Part shown: positions 56,448 to 64,000 of the stretch, piece by piece | How the letters are laid out: every line of letters starts with the position of its first letter | How positions within the stretch are numbered: the first letter of the stretch is position 1 | Source: Octopus vulgaris | Taxonomy: Eukaryota | DNA: 64,000 nucleotides | Direction: 5' to 3' | Assembly (NCBI GenBank): GCA_951406725.2 | Contig: OX597837.1 | Location: forward strand, 9,858,001 to 9,922,000 | Notes under the pieces: generated by a model | Told to the model about the DNA's origin: nothing | Databases searched by the model: none | Seen by the model: the letters and a program-made list of their open reading frames with translations, nothing else | Made by a program: the position numbers and the translations under genes

Positions 56448-57219
56448 CTGGATATTACACACAAAAAGAAATGCCAGAAATTCTAGCTGATCTCAGAATG
56501 ATAAACAATAATCCCATGCCCGATAATCGTTCATCGATTATCCAATAATCGATTAAATCAATCATTTTCCCTATTGATCCTCATCTCGACTGTAAAAGTG
56601 GGGAGCGAAAGACATGACGATTCCAATAACAACCATGTTGAAACAGAACCATGGTACAACACACCGAAGGTCAAAAGCGCTCCAGGCGTGACCATACCGT
56701 CAAATTTTCTCTTTTGTTTTTAAGCCTCGTGTATCTAATACTACACCAGACCAATGTCACCTTAGATATTTCTTGTTGTGGTTTAACCCAGATTTGCCCT
56801 GATCGAGGAGACCTCAAAACGTCAAAAGCGTTCCAAATGTGACTAATGTTTGTGAGTATTTGTACGTGTATGATTATGGGCTTCTTTTTTGCTTCCTTGT
56901 TTGTTTTTTGTTGTTTTTGTGTGTGTCTGTGGTGGGTCTTTTTTGTCGGTGTTTGTCCCTCATCACTGCCTGAAAAGCAATGTTGGTTTGTTTAGAACAC
57001 TCTAACTAGCGGTTCGGCAATAGGAGCACGATAGAATTAATATCAGGCTTTAACACAATAAATACTGGGGTCGATTTGTTCGAAACGGTGCCCCAGCATA
57101 GCCGCAGTCCAAAGACTGAAATAAGTAAAAAGCAGAAGATATCGAAGACAACGGCACCGAATTCTGTCTCCATATATTGTCTTTTGTAATGAGGGCAATG
57201 TGAGAGCTGAAGGAAAATA

Positions 57220-57386
<167 letters not shown>

Positions 57387-57434
57387 GACGGGCTTCTTTC
57401 AGTTTCCGGCACAGTGGGACGGTACTTGAATCAG

Positions 57435-57655
57435 GGCGGCGAGCTGGCAGAAACGTTAGCACACAGGGCGAAATGCTTAGCGGTATTTCGTCTGCCGTTA
57501 CGTTCTGAGTTCAAATTCCGCCGAGGTAGACTTTGCCTTTCATCCTTTCGGGTTCGATAAATTAAGTACCAGTTACTCACTGGGGTCGATATAATTGACT
57601 TAATCCGTTTGTCCTCTCTGTGTTTAGCCCCTTGTGGGTAGTAAAGAAATAGGTA
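57435..57655 (+). mobile_element. SINE family B
   Basis: Family head and body. Confidence 0.85.
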
Positions 57656-58086
57656 CTTCAATCGAAGTGGTTGTAGGTAAAACTTTCTGAACCGCACGCC
57701 ACCCCACCGTCCTCTACCATAACCAAATAATAATCAATCACAACTACCATTGGCAAAATGCCATACATTTTCAACGTCGAAGCAGTATCGATGTTATCAA
57801 CCTCAACATTTCGTTATAAAGATTTCCCATAGAAAAACATCTGATATGCTCCTTGAACTGTCCAAGGAATAGCGCCATTTGCAATACATCTTGGAACGGA
57901 AATTAAGAAGAAAGATATATGTGTCAGGTAATTCATTATATCCAGCGATGAAAAGAGATTAAGGTTCCATCCAGCTAGATTTTTGAAATCGAAGCATGAA
58001 GTGTGCCAATGTGCCAATGTAAATCCCGTACCACAAGAAGGGTTATTTATTAGTGCAGCACCTCTCTAACAACAACAGCAACAAAA

Positions 58087-58445
58087 GTGGAGGCGCAATG
58101 GTCCAGTGGTTAGAGCAGCGGACACGCGGTCGGAGGATCGTGGTTTCGATTCCCAGACCGGGCGTTGTGTGTGTTTATTGAGCGAAAACACCTAAAAGCT
58201 CCACGAGGCTCCGGCAGGGGGTGCTGTACTCTTTCGCTCCAACTTTTTCTCACTCTTTCTTCCTGTTTCTTGCCCCCGACTTCTTACGCAACCGCTGAGC
58301 CTGGATGCGCATTCATCCATCCGTCGATGCTCTCGGTGTCGGGGGTTGACCTGCTTTCTCCTCTGCGGGTCTAACGAATAGCAAAAGACCACGTTTCGGA
58401 CTTCTCCCATCTTGCGAGCTCTGGGACGAAGACCGTTCGCTCAAC
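58087..58445 (+). mobile_element. tRNA-derived SINE family C', full length
   Basis: Head shared with family C; different 3' half shared with 26589-26885; CAA-rich tail. Confidence 0.85.
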
Positions 58446-58491
58446 AGACAAACAAACATACAAAAGCAAACAGCAACAACAACAATAATAA

Positions 58492-58562
<71 letters not shown>

Positions 58563-58711
58563 AAAGGAAATGAAAAAGTTCTTTTTACCGGTTGCGCATT
58601 TGTTATGCTTATCAAAAGATATTTTTTTAAGAGAGATTAGAGTTCCTTTCTGATAGATTTTTTCCTCTTATCTGACTTTATGTTGGGTTTGCTGTCTCTT
58701 ATATGCTGTCT

Positions 58712-58794
<83 letters not shown>

Positions 58795-58797
<3 letters not shown>

Positions 58798-58990
58798 CTG
58801 TGTTTGTCCCCTCATCCTCGCATGACAACTGATGCTGGTGGGCTTACGTCCCCGTAACTTAGCGGTTCGGCAAAGGGGACCGGCAGAATAAGTACTAGGC
58901 TTACAAAGAATAAGTCCTGGGGTCGGTTTGCACAACTACAGGGGGTGCACCAGCATGGCCGCAATCAAATGACTTAAACAAGTAAAAGAA

Positions 58991-59028
<38 letters not shown>

Positions 59029-59260
59029 TGTATTTGTGTGTATTTGTGTGTATGTGTCTTTGTGTCTGTGTTTGTCCCTCCTCCATCCCTTGACAACCGA
59101 TGTTGGCGTATTTACGTCCCCGTAACCTAGCGTTTGGGCAAAACAGCTCGATGGAGTAAGTACCAGGCGTGCAAAGAACAAGTCCTGGGGACGATTTCTT
59201 CGACCGAAAGGCGGTGCTCCAGCATGGCCGCAGTCGAATGCCTGAAACAAGTAAAAGAAT
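58795..59260 (+). mobile_element. Two SINE family A 3' halves
   Basis: TGTTTGTCCC...CAAGTAAAAGAA occurs twice. Confidence 0.75.
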
Positions 59261-59789
59261 AAAAAAATAAAAAAAAATACGTGCAGTCTGTGTCTGTGTG
59301 TGCGTGTGTGACAGGGAGAGGGGGAGAGGGAGGGAGGGAGTAGGAGAGAGAGGGGGGAGAGGGAGGGAGGGAGGGAATAGGAGAGAAAGAGAGACAGACA
59401 GGCACAGAGAGAGAGAGAGAGAGAGAGAATGATGAGCGTATCTGTGTGTCTGTGTGTTCGCTGCTAATAGCTGTACGAATGATGACTTGGCATTCAGTGA
59501 GATTCATGTTTGTGTGTATGTCTGTGTGTGTGTGTGTGTGTTTGAGTTTGTGTGCGTGTGTGTGTGTGTGTTGTTGGATGTGCACGTATGCTTGTATGTG
59601 TGTGTGTGTGTGTGTGTGTATCAGTTATAGCAATATGCATGTGTGTGTGTGTATGTCAATGCAGAAACTTCTCTTTCGGTTTCAAATTCCGCCGAGGTCG
59701 ACTTAGCCTTTCATCCTTAACAGTGTCAATTAAATAAGTACCAGTTACGCACTGGGATCAATGTAAAAAATACACAAATGCAAATACAT

Positions 59790-60002
59790 ATTCTCTTTCT
59801 CTTTTCTCTTTTACTTGTTTCAGTCATTTTGACTGCGGCCATGCTGGAGCACCGCCTTTAGTCGAGTAAATCGACCCCGGAACTTATTCTTTGTAAGCCC
59901 ATTCTATCGGTCTCTTTTGCCGAACCGCTAAGTGACGGGGACATAAACACACCAGCATCGGTTGTCAAGCAATGCTAGGGGGGCAAACAGACACACAAAC
60001 AT

Positions 60003-60053
<51 letters not shown>

Positions 60054-60216
60054 TACGACGGGCTTCTTTCAGTTTCCGTCTACCAAATCCACTCACAAGG
60101 CTTTGGTCGGCCCGAGGCTATAGTAGAAGACACTTGCCCAAGGTGCCACGCAGTGGGACTGAACCCGGAACCATGTGGTTGGTAAGCAAGCTACTTACCA
60201 CACAGCCACTCCTGCA

Positions 60217-60218
<2 letters not shown>
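59790..60218 (-). mobile_element. SINE family A
   Basis: Full reverse copy. Confidence 0.88.
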
Positions 60219-60261
<43 letters not shown>

Positions 60262-60264
60262 TAC

Positions 60265-60310
60265 CACACGCCGACGATAGGCAATACACCTTGAAAGCAT
60301 GGTCCGTGTG
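60265..60310 (+). ncRNA. Type I hammerhead-like motif, CCGACGA core
   Basis: CACACG-CCGACGA-T-AGG-CAATACA-CCT-T-GAAA-GCATGG-TC-CGTGTG; stem III is broken by one change in this copy. Confidence 0.6.
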
Positions 60311-60624
60311 TGGTTTCCGCTTCATCGGGGAATTACCTCCCTTTGCAGGATAAGGACACCGTGACGGTGTCTAGCCTTTCTGGTTACGTCGATGTTCGCC
60401 TGGGGCTAAATGCAACAGTAACACCCCCACCACCCTGCCCTGTCCCTAGCCATATTCAGATGGCTTTAGTCCCTTATGTTATCGAGCAGTTACTGTCTAT
60501 ATCTCTTTTAGAGAATTATTATTGCTTTCGAACAGATTTTCGAAATCAGCAAATGTATTTTGCTTGAAAATCTATATATGAATATCCTGCAGAGTGAGAA
60601 TTCGTCGAGGAAGCGGAAGCCTAC

Positions 60625-60670
60625 CACACGCCGACGATAGGCAATACACCTTGAAACCATTGTCCGTGTG
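60625..60670 (+). ncRNA. Type I hammerhead-like motif, CCGACGA core (second unit)
   Basis: As above with GAAA-CCATTG-TC; the two copies imply an ancestral palindrome CCATGG. Confidence 0.65.
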
Positions 60671-61179
60671 TGGTTTCCGCTTCATCGGGGAATTACCTCC
60701 CTTTGCAGGATAAGGACACCGTGACGGTGTCTAGCCTTTCTGGTGACGTCGATGTTCGCCTGGGGCTAAATGCAACAGTAACACCCCCACCACCCTGCCC
60801 TGTCCCTAGCCATATTCAGATGGCTTTAGTCCCTTATGTTATCGAGCAGTTACTGTCTATATCTCTTTTAGAGAATTATTATTGCTATATATATATTTTT
60901 TTTTCAAAAGAAAAACAGGATGCAAAGGGTTTAGCGGTACATATGTTTCTGGCTTTATTAGACGGTTTATATCAATGCATAATTGATGTAATTTGTATGT
61001 CAATAGCCTTCTTCAGCCGCGCACAATTACTACTCCAAGGACATGTATTACATTATAAGTTTTGGGAAGCAAATCCTCATAGTCGCATATACACACACAA
61101 ACATATATATATATATACACAAATACATATATGTATATTATTATACACACACACACACATATACACAAATACATATACG

Positions 61180-61238
<59 letters not shown>

Positions 61239-61242
61239 TATA

Positions 61243-61273
<31 letters not shown>

Positions 61274-61359
61274 GAGTGTGTTTAAATGTATACCGGTTTG
61301 TATGTATGTGTGTGCGTATATGTATATGCATGTATGTATAAGTATGTATATATGCATGA

Positions 61360-61748
61360 CATCTAGAAATATAGCGGCCCTCGAACAGAATGCCATTCTG
61401 CTATTCCAAATGTCACACTTATTCCGTCGAGAGAGAGAGAACCAGGTATTTCAATAGCTTGGGATTCAAAGGCCCACAGCTATTAAATATTTTGCCATAA
61501 AACCTGAGAGGGCCCTATGGAATGGTGGGAAGGACTTATATATTTTTCAAGAAGCACCTTGACCTTCTTCCGTCCAAGATCCCGGATAAACCTACATCAT
61601 CACTAGAAACTCAAAACTAGGCAGCACTATCAAATTTCCACTTTCACCGACAGTCAACCACATGAGAATGGCTATTGCAAAGCTGATGATATGACGGTGC
61701 TCCAGCATGGTTACGATCTTTGGGCTGAAATGCATAAAACAATAAAAT
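61360..61748 (+). mobile_element. Degenerate 3' end of CR1/L2-like LINE
   Basis: With frameshifts: RTRYFNSLGFKGPQLLNILP*NLRG...FKKHLDLLPSKIPDKPT...AALSN, then tail GACGGTGCTCCAGCATGG...GCTGAAA. Confidence 0.7.
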
Positions 61749-61767
61749 AGGCGTAGGAGTGGCTGTG

Positions 61768-62050
61768 TTCAAATTCCGCCGAGGTCGACTTTGCCTTTCA
61801 TCCTTTAGGGGTCGATAAATTAAGTACCAGTTACGCACTGGGGTCGATATAATCGACTTAATCCGTTTGTCTGTCCTTGTTTGTCCTCTCTGTGCTTAGC
61901 CCCTTGTGGGTAGTAACGAAATAGGTATTTCGCCTCTGGCTACGTTCTAAGTCCAAATGCCTCCGAGGTCGACTTTGCCTTTCATCCTTTCGATGGAATC
62001 GACCAGTCGTCTCCCCACAAATTTCAGGCCTTGTGCCAAACAGTAGAAAG
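61768..62050 (+). mobile_element. SINE family B partial dimer
   Basis: Body, then GAAATAG|GTATTTCG junction. Confidence 0.75.
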
Positions 62051-62579
62051 TATACGTTAGTAACGATCTGGAAGAACAACAACTCAATACCAGGAAGTTG
62101 GATAAACAAAGATTTTAAAAGCATATTTTTTGCTAAATTTCTTTGTTGACAGGGACGGGTTCAGCCAAATAAAACTTGAGTCAGTACAAAGTCACTATTA
62201 TTATTATCCGAAAAATAACTTTCAAATAACAAAAACAATTTTGACATTTGCGTATGTATGCGTTTGTGATGTTTGACCATCTCTGAGTCGGCTTATCTGT
62301 CTGTATGTCTGCTTGCCTACATGTCTATGTATGTATGTATGTATGTACACGGAGTAGATGAAACAGGGACAACTGAAGAAGGGGGGTTATTCCTTGTGTT
62401 ATTTGTCCTGTACTCTGTTTTTTCGTTGTTTAAGAAAAATGTCCATTTCCTTGGTTTTGTGTTTATGTTTTCGTTTCTCATTGTGTTCGACGTTTTTTTG
62501 GTGTATATATACATATAGATGTAGGTACGTACATATATGTATGTATATATGCATATGTTTTATTTAATTATTATTTTGT

Positions 62580-62930
62580 TATGTATGTATTATGTATGTA
62601 TGTATGTATGCATGTATGTATGCATATATGTACATATGTACGTATGTATGTACGTATATATGTATGTACGTATGTATGTATGCATGTATGTATGCATATA
62701 TGTATGTATGTATATATGTATGTATGTACGTATGTATGTATGTATGTATGTATGTATGTATGTATGTATGTATGCATGTATGTATATATGTATGTATGTA
62801 TGTATGCATGCATGTATGTATGTATGTATGCATGTATGTATGTATGTGCGTATGTATGTATATATGTATGTACGTATGTACGTATGTATATACGTATGTA
62901 TGTATGCATGTATGTATGCATATATGTATG

Positions 62931-62964
<34 letters not shown>

Positions 62965-63091
62965 TGTATGTATGTATGTATGTATATATGTATGTATGTA
63001 TGTATGTGTGCATGTATGTACGTATGTATGTATGTATGTACGTATGTATGTAAGTATGTATGTATGCATGTATGTATGTATGTTTGTATGC

Positions 63092-63124
<33 letters not shown>

Positions 63125-63152
63125 TGTATGTATGTATGTATGTATGTATGTT
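62580..63152. repeat. (GTAT)n array
   Basis: Direct reading. Confidence 0.95.
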
Positions 63153-63450
63153 TGTTTCGGTCTCCCAGCCTAGTTTAAGAAATATTCAAACTCGAATATT
63201 TACAGAATATATTATTAAGAGATTTATTTCTGGAAAGACATCTTTTCTTTGGGATGGCGTCGACAGAGATGAGAAAAGGAGAGAAGAAGAGTTGAGTGGG
63301 AAACTATAAGAAAACGAGATGAGAAAGAGAGAGAGGGGGTAAAAGAGGGTGAGATAGAGAGATGGAGAAAGAAAGGTTGAGGTTTCAATTGAAGGGGGTT
63401 TCCGTCGGTGATAGTGATGCTCCAAAGTATTTATACTACACACACACGCG

Positions 63451-63532
<82 letters not shown>

Positions 63533-63578
63533 TATATATATATATTTATATATATATACGTATATATATACGTATATA

Positions 63579-63640
<62 letters not shown>

Positions 63641-64000
63641 TGTATATGTATATATGTGTGTAAATATATGTCTAAATATACATTTGTATATGTACATATG
63701 CGCGTGTGTTAGTGTGCACATGTACACATATATGTATATGTATGTTTATGCATATATATTTAAAAAAGGGTATCGAAAGAAAAGGGAGTAGAAGAAGCCG
63801 AAGACGAAGAAGGAGGAGAGGAGGAGGAGAAGAAGAAGAAAGAGAAGAAGAAGTATTGAAGAAGAAGAAGAAGAAGAAGAAGAAGAAGAAGAATGATGTC
63901 GAGAGAAAGGATAGAAGAGATGATAGATGGTGGTGGTGGTGGAGATAGCAGTATGTGGCAGGGCTTGAAACGTGATTATTGCAGAGATGAGGTCAAAGGT

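Larger units (their letters stand above)
60261..60886 (+). repeat. 360-bp-period tandem (1.74 copies) with a hammerhead-like motif per unit, bounded by (TA)n; retrozyme-like
   Basis: 60261-60526 is repeated at 60621-60886 with ~3 substitutions. Confidence 0.9.

Noticed and set aside
57806-57890. Possible minus-strand exon after a pyrimidine tract
   Set aside because: Open frame but no recognisable homology and a weak donor.

Overview
Eukaryotic, extremely microsatellite- and retroposon-rich DNA. The SINE repertoire and simple-repeat density suggest a cephalopod, most likely Octopus (inference, no database search). No intact host gene is recognisable and almost all listed ORFs are simple-repeat artefacts. 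The window contains many copies of 3-4 SINE families, fragments of Tx1/L1-like, CR1/L2-like, RTE-like and RLE-type (R4/Dong-like) LINEs, a Penelope-like GIY-YIG endonuclease fragment, a non-autonomous Helitron and a mariner end. The main signal is about a dozen type I hammerhead ribozyme (HHR) motifs, read by eye, mostly in (TA)n-flanked non-coding modules. They include a ~490-bp tandem array with one HHR per unit, a 360-bp tandem unit predicted to fold as a rod/branched circle, two long palindromes with back-to-back HHRs, and several HHRs with long stem II inserts or non-canonical cores (CCGANGA, CUGUNGA). Together these look like a Penelope-driven, retrozyme-like system that could produce circular RNAs. 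A second pattern is apparent partitioning of microsatellite niches (TA, TAA, TACA) among different retroelement families.
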